Below, one piece after another: positions 47,958-57,525 of a DNA stretch of 64,000 bases. Made by a program: the position numbers and the translations under genes. Numbering within the stretch: position 1 is the stretch's first letter; every line of letters starts with the position of its first letter. The stretch is from contig MGIW01000005.1 of the NCBI GenBank assembly GCA_001793945.1, positions 57,923 to 121,922 on the forward strand, given 5' to 3'. This stretch comes from Candidatus Wolfebacteria bacterium RIFOXYD12_FULL_48_21. Lineage in GTDB: Bacteria; Patescibacteriota; Minisyncoccia; UBA6257; UBA9933. The notes under the pieces were generated by a model, which was given only the letters and a program-made list of their open reading frames with translations, was not told where the DNA came from and searched no databases.

Positions 47958-48473
47958 ATGAAAAAACAATACATATGCATGCTCGCAGGATGTGTGGCAT
48001 TGCTGGGTTCAGCTGTGTTGGTCCATGCACAGGCGCCGACTTCGGTGCCCGGAACGGCTACGACGACTGCGGCGGCAAAAAAGGCCCGCTTGCAGGGGGC
48101 GGTTGCAGCCATGGAGCGCAATTTTGAGGTTAGGATAGCGGGCCTTGAAAGTCTTGCCGGGCGCATTCAAACGCGCATCGCGAAGATACAGATAGGTGGA
48201 AAGGATATGACGGCAGCCAGTGCCAAACTCGTAGCGGCGCAAAAATTGATCGCCGAAGCAAAAGCGGAATTGGCAAATTTGAAAAAGGCCGATACGACGA
48301 TGGTCGCTGCGGCAAAGCCGGCAACGGCATTCGGCAATGTAAAGAACAGATTTGCCAAGAATGTGACGGCAAAGATAAAAGCGGCCCATGCGGCGCTGGT
48401 CGAAACCATTGTCATTATGAAGGGTCAAGGGGCTTCGGGCTCGGCGACATCAAGCACCCCGACAGTTCAATAA
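47958..48473 (+). CDS. Secreted Ala/Lys-rich coiled-coil hypothetical protein
   Basis: Signal peptide (VHAQA), RIQTRIAK..GKD; similar to 54203-55189. Confidence 0.75.
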   Translation: MKKQYICMLAGCVALLGSAVLVHAQAPTSVPGTATTTAAAKKARLQGAVAAMERNFEVRIAGLESLAGRIQTRIAKIQIGGKDMTAASAKLVAAQKLIAEAKAELANLKKADTTMVAAAKPATAFGNVKNRFAKNVTAKIKAAHAALVETIVIMKGQGASGSATSSTPTVQ

Positions 48474-48491
48474 TCAATAAAAAAATAGACC

Positions 48492-49094
48492 ATGGATAAT
48501 TTTGAGATGGAAAAAAACACCACGCCGGCAGCGGAAGGGTCTGCACCAGTACAACCGCCGGTAGCAACGCCGGCACCGGCACCCATGCCAGCCGCCGCAC
48601 CCGTAGAGCCGACGCCAATGGTTCCGCCGATGTCGCAACAGTCTACGGCTATGCCGTCTGCGCCGAGCGAGCCGATTGCTCCGATGGTGCAACCGGTAGA
48701 GTCCGCTGTACCACAGGCTGATATGCGCATGGAAACGCCGATAGAACCGATCATGCGACCGATCGATCTTTCGGCACATGAAGGAACGACACCGCAGGCA
48801 AGCGCATCAATGGATAAGGGAAAAAAGAAATTGATCATCATTGCCATCGTTATTGTTGCAGGGTTGGTCGCAGGAGTAGGAGGATTCTTCATATGGAGAA
48901 TGATGAATACTCCGGCGGAAGTCATTCCGGCAACGGAGCAGATGACACCCGAAGCGGTGACTCCGCCAGTTGCGGTGCCGGCGCTTGAGGTTGATGACAT
49001 ATCGGTCATCGAAAAAGAACTCAGCGCGTTTACTGCAACGGATATCGACAAAGAGGCGCAAAGTAGCCTTGATGCGATCAACTCGGCGCTTTGA
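48492..49094 (+). CDS. Pro/Ala-rich single-TM protein with acidic C-terminal helix
   Basis: Low-complexity N-terminus, KKKLIIIAIVIV TM, DDISVIEKEL..DID. Confidence 0.75.
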   Translation: MDNFEMEKNTTPAAEGSAPVQPPVATPAPAPMPAAAPVEPTPMVPPMSQQSTAMPSAPSEPIAPMVQPVESAVPQADMRMETPIEPIMRPIDLSAHEGTTPQASASMDKGKKKLIIIAIVIVAGLVAGVGGFFIWRMMNTPAEVIPATEQMTPEAVTPPVAVPALEVDDISVIEKELSAFTATDIDKEAQSSLDAINSAL

Positions 49095-49261
49095 GTTTGT
49101 TGCGTTGAAAACGCCGATAGTGTATACTGTAATGGTATGTTAAAGAACCGCCTGTGAGGGGCGGTTTTTTTGTGGCTATGGGAGTTTGACAGGGCTTACG
49201 ATTATTTGTATGGTATCGTTAGCTGTTAAACAATTATTTATTGACCAAGCGGAGGGGGATC

Positions 49262-49630
49262 ATGAGCAAGAAGGTTTTAGTGGTGGATGATTCGTTGTCC
49301 ATGCGGGAGTTTTTGTCGCTCCTGCTACTGACGGAGCTGAAGAATCTCGACATCGAGGTTACGACGGCCAGCGATGGCTGGACGGCGTTCGATGCGATAG
49401 GCAAGATGAGCTTTGACCTCGTGCTGACCGACAACAACATGCCGGGTATGCAAGGAGCGGAGCTGGTGGTCGCAGTGCATGACCTTGGCTGCAAGACCCC
49501 GTTTATCATGGTCACCGGCGACGAAGAAAATGATGTTCCTCCTGTCGCAAAAAAGATGTTGAAGGCGTTCGTGCCTAAGCCGTTTTTAGTGGATGATTTT
49601 TTGGAGTTAATAAGGGAAACGCTGCAGTGA
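49262..49630 (+). CDS. Stand-alone response regulator receiver (CheY-like)
   Basis: KVLVVDD, DLVLTDNNMPGMQG, MVTG, KPF. Confidence 0.92.
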   Translation: MSKKVLVVDDSLSMREFLSLLLLTELKNLDIEVTTASDGWTAFDAIGKMSFDLVLTDNNMPGMQGAELVVAVHDLGCKTPFIMVTGDEENDVPPVAKKMLKAFVPKPFLVDDFLELIRETLQ

Positions 49631-49688
49631 TCTGCAGTTTGCCCCGCAAAAAAGCCCCCGTGTTTGGGGGCCTTTTATTTCATGTCCG

Positions 49689-49895
49689 TTATTTTGCAAG
49701 CTCGGTTTCCATGAACGAGATCCAATCTTGGGTCTCTTTTTTGTTTGCGGCAAGCTTGGCCATCTCGTCGAGAATATGCTTGTGCTGCTCCTCTCCGTAT
49801 TTCTTTTGCAGATATGTTTCGGTGAGTTCGATGCGGATCAGGGATTCCTTTGCATTATCGAGGAACTCCTGTACTATTTCTTGTTTGGTTTTCAT
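49689..49895 (-). CDS. Small helical hypothetical protein (68 aa)
   Basis: TATACT box 8 nt upstream of ATG; shared terminator about 49648-49680. Confidence 0.65.
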   Translation of the reverse strand: MKTKQEIVQEFLDNAKESLIRIELTETYLQKKYGEEQHKHILDEMAKLAANKKETQDWISFMETELAK

Positions 49896-50146
49896 AGGTT
49901 TTTAGTATAGCGGAAAATGGTCATTTTGCAAATCGAATAATGGTGTGTAAGCGGGGAATATAAGGAATTGTCATTCCGACCGTATCCGTCAGCTGACGGA
50001 GGAGTGGAGGAATCTGCAGGCGGGCTCAGATCCCTTTGTAGTCCATTTGGCAGACTCAAGGCATGGCTTCCCCAGATGATAGAAATGGTAGTTTTAAATT
50101 CGTTGTGGGTTGTAGGTTGTCGGTCGTTGGTTTACAATTGGGTAAT

Positions 50147-51577
50147 ATGTTGAAGATCTACGATCCGATAGGCAAAAGGAATAGGGAATTCGAAGCGATC
50201 GACCCGGAAAAGGTTGGTCTTTACGGGTGCGGCCCGACCGTGTATGACCATGTGCATGTGGGCAATTTACGCGCCTATGTGTTTGTCGACCTGTTGAAGC
50301 GATATCTGCGGTATAGCGGGTACGATGTGCGACATGTTATGAACATAACCGATGTGGACGACAAGACCATCAAAGGAAGTCGCGCGGCGGGTAGATCGTT
50401 GAAGGAGTTTACTGAAAAATATTTGACGGCGTTTCTGGAAGATCTCGAAAAGGTGAACATCGAACTTCCGGATGTAATGCCCAAGGCGACCGACCATATT
50501 GAAGAAATGGTCGTACTTATAGAACAGCTATTGGAAAAAGGCTATGCATATCGGGTTGAAGGTTCTGTTTATTTTCGCATCGCCCGGTTTCCGAAGTATG
50601 GCGAACTGGTCGGGTTGGAAAAGCAGGAACTGAAGAAAGATGCCGATGGGCGTCTTGGCAACGCCGATGAATATGGAAAGGAAGAAGCAAATGATTTTGT
50701 GCTGTGGAAGGGATATCGCGAAGAGGATGGCGATGTGTATTGGGATACCCGCATAGGCAAGGGCAGGCCGGGCTGGCACATAGAATGCTCGGCTATGGCC
50801 ATGAAGTACCTGGGGGAAACACTCGACATCCACTGCGGCGGCGTCGACCTGATGTTCCCGCATCATGTGAACGAAATAGCGCAGTCGGAGGCGGCAACAG
50901 GGAAGACATTTGTGAATAATTGGATGCACAATGCGCATGTGATCATCGACGGGCAGAAAATGTCCAAATCGCTCGGCAACGCATATACCGTGCGGGACTT
51001 GATGGAAAAAGGATATGATCCGCTCCTGTTGCGCATAATCCTGCTGAAGACGCATTATCGCGCGGTGATCAATTTTACCCTCGAAGATTTTGTGCAGGTG
51101 CGGGCAATGGCTGATAGGTTCGAGGAGTTCATGCTGCATATAGACAATGTGATCAATGTCGAATACAACGAAGTCGACATCGAGGCGCTGATCGTGGAGT
51201 ATCGTGGCAAGTTCATTGAAGCGATGGACGATGACCTGAATATCAGTGGGGCTTTTGCGGCGGTGTTTGATTTTATGAATGAGGTCAACGGGCACATGGA
51301 CGAGCTCAACACCGAGCAGGCGAAGAACATAAAGATATGCATATTTGAAATAGACGAGGTACTCGGATTTATTCGGGAGTTGTATGATCGATATCGTATG
51401 GAATTGACCAAGCGGATAGACGAAGCAAATGCGGATGAGCTGGTAAAGCAACGCAACGAAGCACGCAAGGCTGGCGATTATGCGAAAGCGGACGAGATTC
51501 GGGATACATTGACCAAGCACGGGATTGAATTAAAAGACGGAACCCACGGGACGATTATCGCTCTTATTAAACTTTGA
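50147..51577 (+). CDS. cysS: Cysteinyl-tRNA synthetase
   Basis: CGPTVYDHVHVGN, NITDVDDK, GRPGWHIECSAM, FPHHVNE, KMSKSLGN. Confidence 0.97.
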   Translation: MLKIYDPIGKRNREFEAIDPEKVGLYGCGPTVYDHVHVGNLRAYVFVDLLKRYLRYSGYDVRHVMNITDVDDKTIKGSRAAGRSLKEFTEKYLTAFLEDLEKVNIELPDVMPKATDHIEEMVVLIEQLLEKGYAYRVEGSVYFRIARFPKYGELVGLEKQELKKDADGRLGNADEYGKEEANDFVLWKGYREEDGDVYWDTRIGKGRPGWHIECSAMAMKYLGETLDIHCGGVDLMFPHHVNEIAQSEAATGKTFVNNWMHNAHVIIDGQKMSKSLGNAYTVRDLMEKGYDPLLLRIILLKTHYRAVINFTLEDFVQVRAMADRFEEFMLHIDNVINVEYNEVDIEALIVEYRGKFIEAMDDDLNISGAFAAVFDFMNEVNGHMDELNTEQAKNIKICIFEIDEVLGFIRELYDRYRMELTKRIDEANADELVKQRNEARKAGDYAKADEIRDTLTKHGIELKDGTHGTIIALIKL

Positions 51578-51752
51578 ATTACGAAACTCGCTTTGTCATT
51601 CTGATCCGCCAGCCGGCGGATTCAGAATCTGATTGATATCGCTAAGAGATCCTGAAATAAATTCAGGATGACAGTGCTATTTTAAAGCAGCAAATGGAGT
51701 TTCGTAATCCAAAGTATTAAATAAAAAATACCCGCCATCCGGCGGGTATTTT

Positions 51753-52331
51753 TTATAGCAGTTGAGCGGCGTGAATGATAAGGAAAATGCCGGCCACATT
51801 GAGAAAGAATACAAGAAGGATGAACTTCCATTGTTTGACATGGGAAAGTCCGAGGATACTCACACCGACTTCGTCGGGGAATGGCGACGCCACGATGATG
51901 GCACCGATGATCGGCGTAAGCCATAGGAAATACGGGGTATGAAAGAGCTGATACAGGGTGGTAGAGCCTTCAAGCTTTTTGAAAAGCGGCTTTAGCTCTT
52001 CGGTAATGCCATCGCGAACGAATCGAAAGAGAAGAAAATCGCCCGCGACCGATCCGATGCCCGCGACTAATGCGATCGTAAATGGGGAGTAAATCGCGGT
52101 GAACTCATACAAAATGGCGAGCGCCGGCGCGACGGTAAAGGTAAAAACATAAAACATGCCGACGATAAACATGCCCGGGTATCCCCATGTGCCGACATTA
52201 GTAACGATGTCATGTACGAATTGTGTTTCGGCAATAAAAAAGAAAAGTACAAGACTCGCGGCCAACAGTCCGGTATTGCGGTATTTCCATGCGCGATAAT
52301 AGGCAAGCGGATGGGGAAGGTGGACATTCAT
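51753..52331 (-). CDS. Integral membrane protein (VTT/DedA-like)
   Basis: GYPGMFIVG, GIGSVAGD, ASPFPDEVG; start at ATG 52331. Confidence 0.7.
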   Translation of the reverse strand: MNVHLPHPLAYYRAWKYRNTGLLAASLVLFFFIAETQFVHDIVTNVGTWGYPGMFIVGMFYVFTFTVAPALAILYEFTAIYSPFTIALVAGIGSVAGDFLLFRFVRDGITEELKPLFKKLEGSTTLYQLFHTPYFLWLTPIIGAIIVASPFPDEVGVSILGLSHVKQWKFILLVFFLNVAGIFLIIHAAQLL

Positions 52332-52416
52332 GGGTATATGCACAAGTATACTACGAACGGAACGGGAGGAAAAGGAAACATAAAAAACCCTCGCGGGTTC
52401 TTTATGGTGTAGTGGG

Positions 52417-52653
52417 TCACATCGTTTGTCCCGATGCAGGCATTTCGGCGGAGCAGACTTTGCAATCCTTTTTGTGGGTTGCTGCGACTGCAATGGCGGA
52501 AAGACCAACGAGAATATAGATGATGCGGGAAAGAATGGCTTCTTGGCTTCCGAACAGCAGCATGCCGATATCCCACTTGAATATTCCGACCAAGAGCCAA
52601 TTAAGGCCGCCGATCACGAGCAATGCAAATGTGATGTAGTGGAGTACTTTCAT
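52417..52653 (-). CDS. DUF378 family small membrane protein
   Basis: LLVIGGLNWLLVG..D..SRIIYILVGLSA; C-terminal HKKDCKVC. Confidence 0.88.
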   Translation of the reverse strand: MKVLHYITFALLVIGGLNWLLVGIFKWDIGMLLFGSQEAILSRIIYILVGLSAIAVAATHKKDCKVCSAEMPASGQTM

Positions 52654-52836
52654 GGTAGCAACAAACAACGAACAACTGGCTACCGACAACAATCATTATA
52701 CACGCGTTGGTATATTGCGTTGTGGGTTATAGGTTATAGGTTGTCGGTTATTTTGCCGACCTTTTATATAAGTATACCACGGGACGGGAAAAAGGAGTAT
52801 AATAGGGAAAAGGTCATTAATATATTCACAAACAAT

Positions 52837-53220
52837 ATGGAAAGAAAAGAAGATATGTGTGGTATGTGCGAGGGAAGTGCATGTGGGCAGTGCGATATGC
52901 GCCCTATGCAGGAAGAGGGCAGCCAGTGCGGCATGGGTTGCCAACAGATGTACGGTATGCGATGTGGCGGGAGACACTTCCTGCTTCGTTGGATTCTTGG
53001 CATCTTGATCCTCGTGGTCGTATTCGTTGCGGGCCTCAAGCTCGGCGAGTTCAAAGAGCGCGCATGGGGTGGTAGCTATGGCGGACGCATGATGGAACGC
53101 AATCTCGACAAAATGTCGGGCTACGGCATGATGCAGTACCGCGACGATGTCGATGCGTACTATCGTTCCGGCATGATGCGCGGAGCGGGGGCTGGCGTTC
53201 CAGCGGCTCCGGTTCAATAA
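52837..53220 (+). CDS. Single-TM hypothetical protein with Cys/Met/Gly-rich N-terminus
   Basis: CGMCEGSACGQC..CGMGC..C then LLRWILGILILVVVF..G.KLGE. Confidence 0.75.
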   Translation: MERKEDMCGMCEGSACGQCDMRPMQEEGSQCGMGCQQMYGMRCGGRHFLLRWILGILILVVVFVAGLKLGEFKERAWGGSYGGRMMERNLDKMSGYGMMQYRDDVDAYYRSGMMRGAGAGVPAAPVQ

Positions 53221-53272
53221 GAACACAAAAAAACAGCCCCTTGCGTGGCTGTTTTTTTGTGTTCTATTTGGG

Positions 53273-53734
53273 TTACTCGAATGGGAATAGTTCAAACCCT
53301 TCTTCGCCATACAGTTCTTCATTAAAGAACTTGATCGTCGTGGGGCGTATCTTGTACGCGCGTGATTTGAGGATCTTATTGCGGAAGTTATTAATGCTGA
53401 TAATCGCCTCCATGCCCGGATTCGTGGAGTTCCATAGGTTAATGATCGCGTCGAATTGTTCAAGGCCGCTGACATCTTCCACAATTCCCTTTATTTGTGC
53501 CCCGATTTTCTTTGCGCTTACGACTTGGTGCGAATCGGCGATGACGCAGGCAACATGCGGATCTTTTGCGATGTTGGTGCAGTGTTCGCTATCCGGTTCG
53601 CTAATGAAATAAAAACTAAAATCCCCATCGACGGCAAAGTAGACGGCGCAGTTGGCAGGGGCCTCGCCATAAGTGGCAAGCGACATAAGATTTTGCGACT
53701 TCAGATATGCGTGAAGAGATTCCTTGTTTGTCAT
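53273..53734 (-). CDS. Pyridoxamine 5'-phosphate oxidase-like protein
   Basis: MSLAT, VYFA.D, YFIS..SEH..NI..P.VA..I, QIKG. Confidence 0.82.
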   Translation of the reverse strand: MTNKESLHAYLKSQNLMSLATYGEAPANCAVYFAVDGDFSFYFISEPDSEHCTNIAKDPHVACVIADSHQVVSAKKIGAQIKGIVEDVSGLEQFDAIINLWNSTNPGMEAIISINNFRNKILKSRAYKIRPTTIKFFNEELYGEEGFELFPFE

Positions 53735-53979
53735 TGTTATGATAATAGCATAAAAAATAAAACTAAAAAATGGGTGCGTTGCGGCCTAAAGAGAGCCTAA
53801 AGGGGTCAGGTACCTTTAATTTGTCACATGGCCCTTGTAAAATAACACAAGGCAACCCATCGAATAGCTAAAAGCCATGAGCGAGTCGAACGGTTTGCCC
53901 TGTGATAACGCAAAAAAGCCCCTTCAAGAGGGGCTGATTTTACGGGGCTAAAAGCTATGAGCGAGTGAAACGAGTCGAA

Positions 53980-54053
53980 TGGCTGGGGGACAGGGATTCG
54001 GACCCCGATTCGCGGCTTCAAAGGCCGATGTCCTACCATTAGACGATCCCCCA
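53980..54053 (-). tRNA. tRNA-Gln(TTG), CCA encoded
   Basis: TGGGGGA/TCCCCCA acceptor, CGGC-CTTTGAA-GCCG; T-loop TCCGAAT. Confidence 0.9.
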
Positions 54054-54202
54054 AAATTTACTTATCAGCCCATTCTATCACACCTTTTGACCATTCCGCA
54101 AATAGTACGAATAATTTAAAATTTCAAATTATAAATTTAAAATTTATCGGTGTGGATAAAGGAACTTGCAATAAAAGGCGCGAAAGGTGGTATAATGGAT
54201 AT

Positions 54203-55189
54203 ATGAATAAATATATCATTGTAATTATGGCGACGATGCTATTTGCGGCAAATGCATCGGCGCAAGAAGCGACCACTACGACAGCCACTACCGTTACGGC
54301 GACAACCGCGCCTTCGGCAACATCCGTCCCGCCGGTTAGGAAAACGCTGATCCAGGATGCGCTGGATGCAAATAGGGTATTGCGACAAGATGCGCTTCGT
54401 GAGGCGGAGGAGATGAAACAAGGACTCCGCGAAACAAACGAAGCGTCCCGCGAGGGAGTGCACACACTGCAGGAGGGGATCCGAAAAGAACTGGAACAGA
54501 AACGCGAAGAGATTCGCGGCGGCATTGCCACATCATCGCGTGAAGAGCTGCGCAAGACCATGGAAGAACAGCGCGAAGCGGTAAAGCAAAAGATGGAGCA
54601 GGTAAGGAAAGAAATCGAAGCGCGGCGCGAAGCGTTTAAGGACGCGATGGAAGCAAAGCGCGAAGAAGTAAAGCGCACGATAGAAGCGCGACGCGAAGAG
54701 CTGAAAACGAAGCTCGAAGCGATCCGCGATGAAAGAAAGCGCACCGCGGTAGAAACGATCGACAAGCGATTTGAAGAAATAAATGCGAACAGGCTCGAGC
54801 ATTTCTCCAATGCGGTGGATCAGCTGGAAAAGGTGTTGCAAAGCGTAGAATCGCGAACTGCAAAGGCAGAGGAAGCAGGGAAGGATGTTTCGACGGTAAA
54901 GACAGCCATTACGGCGGCGAAAACGGCCATTACGGCGGCACGCGCGGCTATCGTAGCGCAGTCAGCAAAGACATATGTGCCGACCATCGGACAAGAAGAC
55001 GCATTGCGCGCCGATGTGGGTAAAACGCGCCAAGCATTGCAAGCGGATCTGAAGGTTGTGCAGGATGCGGTACGCGCAGTGCAGGAAGCCATCCGCAAGG
55101 CAGCCACCGACCTGGCAAAGATTCCGGGTGTGAACACGGTCGACATTCCGGCGACGGCAACATCGACGGCAACTTCAACTAACCAATAA
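54203..55189 (+). CDS. Secreted long coiled-coil hypothetical protein
   Basis: Signal peptide (ASAQE), Thr-rich linker, E/R/K-rich coiled coil, ESRTAK..GKDV. Confidence 0.8.
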   Translation: MNKYIIVIMATMLFAANASAQEATTTTATTVTATTAPSATSVPPVRKTLIQDALDANRVLRQDALREAEEMKQGLRETNEASREGVHTLQEGIRKELEQKREEIRGGIATSSREELRKTMEEQREAVKQKMEQVRKEIEARREAFKDAMEAKREEVKRTIEARREELKTKLEAIRDERKRTAVETIDKRFEEINANRLEHFSNAVDQLEKVLQSVESRTAKAEEAGKDVSTVKTAITAAKTAITAARAAIVAQSAKTYVPTIGQEDALRADVGKTRQALQADLKVVQDAVRAVQEAIRKAATDLAKIPGVNTVDIPATATSTATSTNQ

Positions 55190-55197
55190 TACGATCT

Positions 55198-55410
55198 ATG
55201 AATAAAAAGAACTATGCGATCATTGCGATAATCCTTGTTGCCATTGTGGCCGGATTCATATGGTGGAGCGGCAGGCAAATGGACCAACTTCCGGAAACCA
55301 TAGCGCCGGCCGATACGACCGATGCCATTCAAGCGGAATTGGACGGCATTGACATAGGCGAGCTTGACGCCGAGTTTGCCGATGTTGACGAAGTGATCAA
55401 AGGACTGTAA
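55198..55410 (+). CDS. Small single-TM protein with acidic C-terminal helix
   Basis: TM then DTTDAIQAELDGIDIGELDAEF; 8 nt after the upstream stop. Confidence 0.75.
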   Translation: MNKKNYAIIAIILVAIVAGFIWWSGRQMDQLPETIAPADTTDAIQAELDGIDIGELDAEFADVDEVIKGL

Positions 55411-55587
55411 AAAGCAGCATAAAAACACCCCGTGACGGGGTGTTTTTGTTGTATTGTCATTCCCGCGGAAGCGGGAATCCACTTCAATTTCATGCGAAGT
55501 GCATAATGTAATAATTATAGATGCGCGTACCGCATAAAAGTGTAATGGATTCCGGCTCGGAGGCCGGAATGACAGAAAGAAATCGTA

Positions 55588-56694
55588 TTACGATGTTTTG
55601 AGATTCTCAATAAGAGCCAGCTCCAGCGGAACGATGGCAAACGGACTGTAGCGCATTTCGGTATAGGCGACGATCAGCGCTTTGACGAGCGCGATGGTTG
55701 CCTTTTCTTCGATCGATTTACTATGGCGTAAAATAGTATCCACTTCGCGGGAAGTATAGAGCTGTCGAAAATCGTGTTCAAGCTTGGGGCTAAAACGAAT
55801 GGCAAGTACGCGCCGATAGTAGTGGATAAGGTCTTTTGCGAACTGCACGATGTTGTGTCCGTCTTCGTGCACGCCATTGATGTTTGCCAGCGCTCCGGCA
55901 AGATCTTTTGTGATGATCAAGTCGACAAGATCGCTGACACGGGAAAATGCAACACGGCCAAGAATACGCTCGACGCTTTCGACGCTGATCGTTTCTTCCA
56001 TTGCGGCGATCTGGTCGAGGAGTGATTCGGCATCGCGAAAACTGCCGTCCGCTCCGGCCGCGATCAATTCAAGTGCTTCTTCATCGAAGGATATTTTTTC
56101 TTCAGATACGATCTTCTTGAGCTTATCGACAAGTTCCTTAAGGGGGACCTTCTTAAAGTGGAACCGCTGCGCGCGCGAGGCTACGGTCGGCGGAACTTTA
56201 TCATATTCGGTGGTCGCTAAAATAAAGATCGCGTGCCGGGGCGGTTCTTCGAGTATTTTGAGGAGCGCGTTGAATGCGTCCTTACTGAGCTGGTGAACTT
56301 CATCGATGATGAATACTTTGTATGTGTAGGAAGACGGGGATAGGAGTGCTCCTTCTTTAAGACTACGGATATCATCGATCCCGCGGGTCGAGGCGGCATC
56401 GATTTCGATGATGTCCATGGCGTTTCCGCTGTCTATTTCGATGCAGGCTTGGCAGGTGTTGCACGGCTCGCCAAGTTTCTTGAATTCGGGATCAGATAGC
56501 CGTTTTTGGCAGTTTGCGATTTTTGCGATCAGGCGTGCGGTGGTCGTCTTACCGCTTCCGCGGGCACCATAAAAAAGATAGGCATGGCTTAACCGATCCG
56601 TTTTTGCGGCATTTTTGATGATACGGATGATGGATTCCTGACCCAAAACATCCTCGAACCGTTTAGGGCGGTATTTGCGATAGAGTGCAAGCAT
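55588..56694 (-). CDS. dnaX: DNA polymerase III subunit gamma/tau
   Basis: LYRKYRP, GARGSGKTT, EIDAAS, IIDEVH, FNALLKILEEPP. Confidence 0.96.
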   Translation of the reverse strand: MLALYRKYRPKRFEDVLGQESIIRIIKNAAKTDRLSHAYLFYGARGSGKTTTARLIAKIANCQKRLSDPEFKKLGEPCNTCQACIEIDSGNAMDIIEIDAASTRGIDDIRSLKEGALLSPSSYTYKVFIIDEVHQLSKDAFNALLKILEEPPRHAIFILATTEYDKVPPTVASRAQRFHFKKVPLKELVDKLKKIVSEEKISFDEEALELIAAGADGSFRDAESLLDQIAAMEETISVESVERILGRVAFSRVSDLVDLIITKDLAGALANINGVHEDGHNIVQFAKDLIHYYRRVLAIRFSPKLEHDFRQLYTSREVDTILRHSKSIEEKATIALVKALIVAYTEMRYSPFAIVPLELALIENLKTS

Positions 56695-56834
56695 GGTATA
56701 TGGAATAATTGTACGCTATGGCAAGGGTATTTGCCAACGCCTTTACAAAATAAAAGAAAATATGTAGCATGCGAATAGACTGTGCGGAAATGCACGACAT
56801 TAACAAACATACAGAGGACGGGAGGACGGTTGCC

Positions 56835-57425
56835 ATGGCACAATCAAAAAGCGCTTTTTGGGGAGGGTTTGTTATGCTGTCAGGGGCAGTACTGCTGATT
56901 CGCGAAGGGCTGGTGCTGATGCGGGGAGTTGGACAGCAAAAGGTATTCGCTGTGATCAGCGGCGTGCTCGAGCTTCCGATTCCGCAGATTGATACCATAC
57001 TGGGCTGGACACTGAATTATGTAGGCGCGCTGGCGGTAGCGGCCATGACATATGGCATCGCGAAGTATACCATGGACAAAAAAGATGCCGTGCTCGGTTT
57101 TGCCGGGTTTGCTATCGGGTTTGGCCTATTGGCTGCCGGTCTCGCAGGTTCGGCGTGGTTTCCTTGGTTGCTCGTGTCATTGGCAACGGGAATGGCGACC
57201 GCATATGCTTCAGAAAAAGCACGCGCATTTCCCGCATCGGAAGTATTTTCCTTGGAGATGGGTGCGATCATCGGTATGACGGCCAGTGTGGCGCTGGAGT
57301 ATGGACTGTTCATGGCCGCCGTGGTGGAGTTCTGGGTCGGCTGCTTGTACTGGGTAGGCGCTCTCGCAGTCGTTCTGCACTTTGAAGGCAAGAAAAACAG
57401 ATACGACGAAGAGGATAGTTGGTAA
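56835..57425 (+). CDS. Multi-TM hypothetical membrane protein
   Basis: About 6 hydrophobic segments; GGAGG SD before ATG 56835; terminator downstream. Confidence 0.7.
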   Translation: MAQSKSAFWGGFVMLSGAVLLIREGLVLMRGVGQQKVFAVISGVLELPIPQIDTILGWTLNYVGALAVAAMTYGIAKYTMDKKDAVLGFAGFAIGFGLLAAGLAGSAWFPWLLVSLATGMATAYASEKARAFPASEVFSLEMGAIIGMTASVALEYGLFMAAVVEFWVGCLYWVGALAVVLHFEGKKNRYDEEDSW

Positions 57426-57525
57426 AAAGATCAGCACGGCCGGGGAGAAGACTCCGGCAACAAGAAAGGACCTACTACGGTAGGTCCTTTATTTTTGGGC
57501 TTTTTTGGCGTACAATTTTCGTATT

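Larger units (their letters stand above)
2980..55575. repeat. Dispersed REP-like palindrome family (GTCATTCC/GTCATCC..GGAATC/GGAATGAC; TCCGCCAGCTGGCGGA)
   Basis: Copies near 2980, 8365, 10194, 13380-13620, 14162, 16975-17090, 17264-17380, 25262-25378, 30011, 30860-31022, 32876-33015, 39525-39670, 45028-45120, 49968, 51595 and 55454. Confidence 0.9.

Noticed and set aside
49147-49166. Identical hairpin AACCGCCTGTGAGGGGCGGTT here and near 58859
   Set aside because: Most simply a reused terminator; the DNA between holds core genes, so these are not element ends
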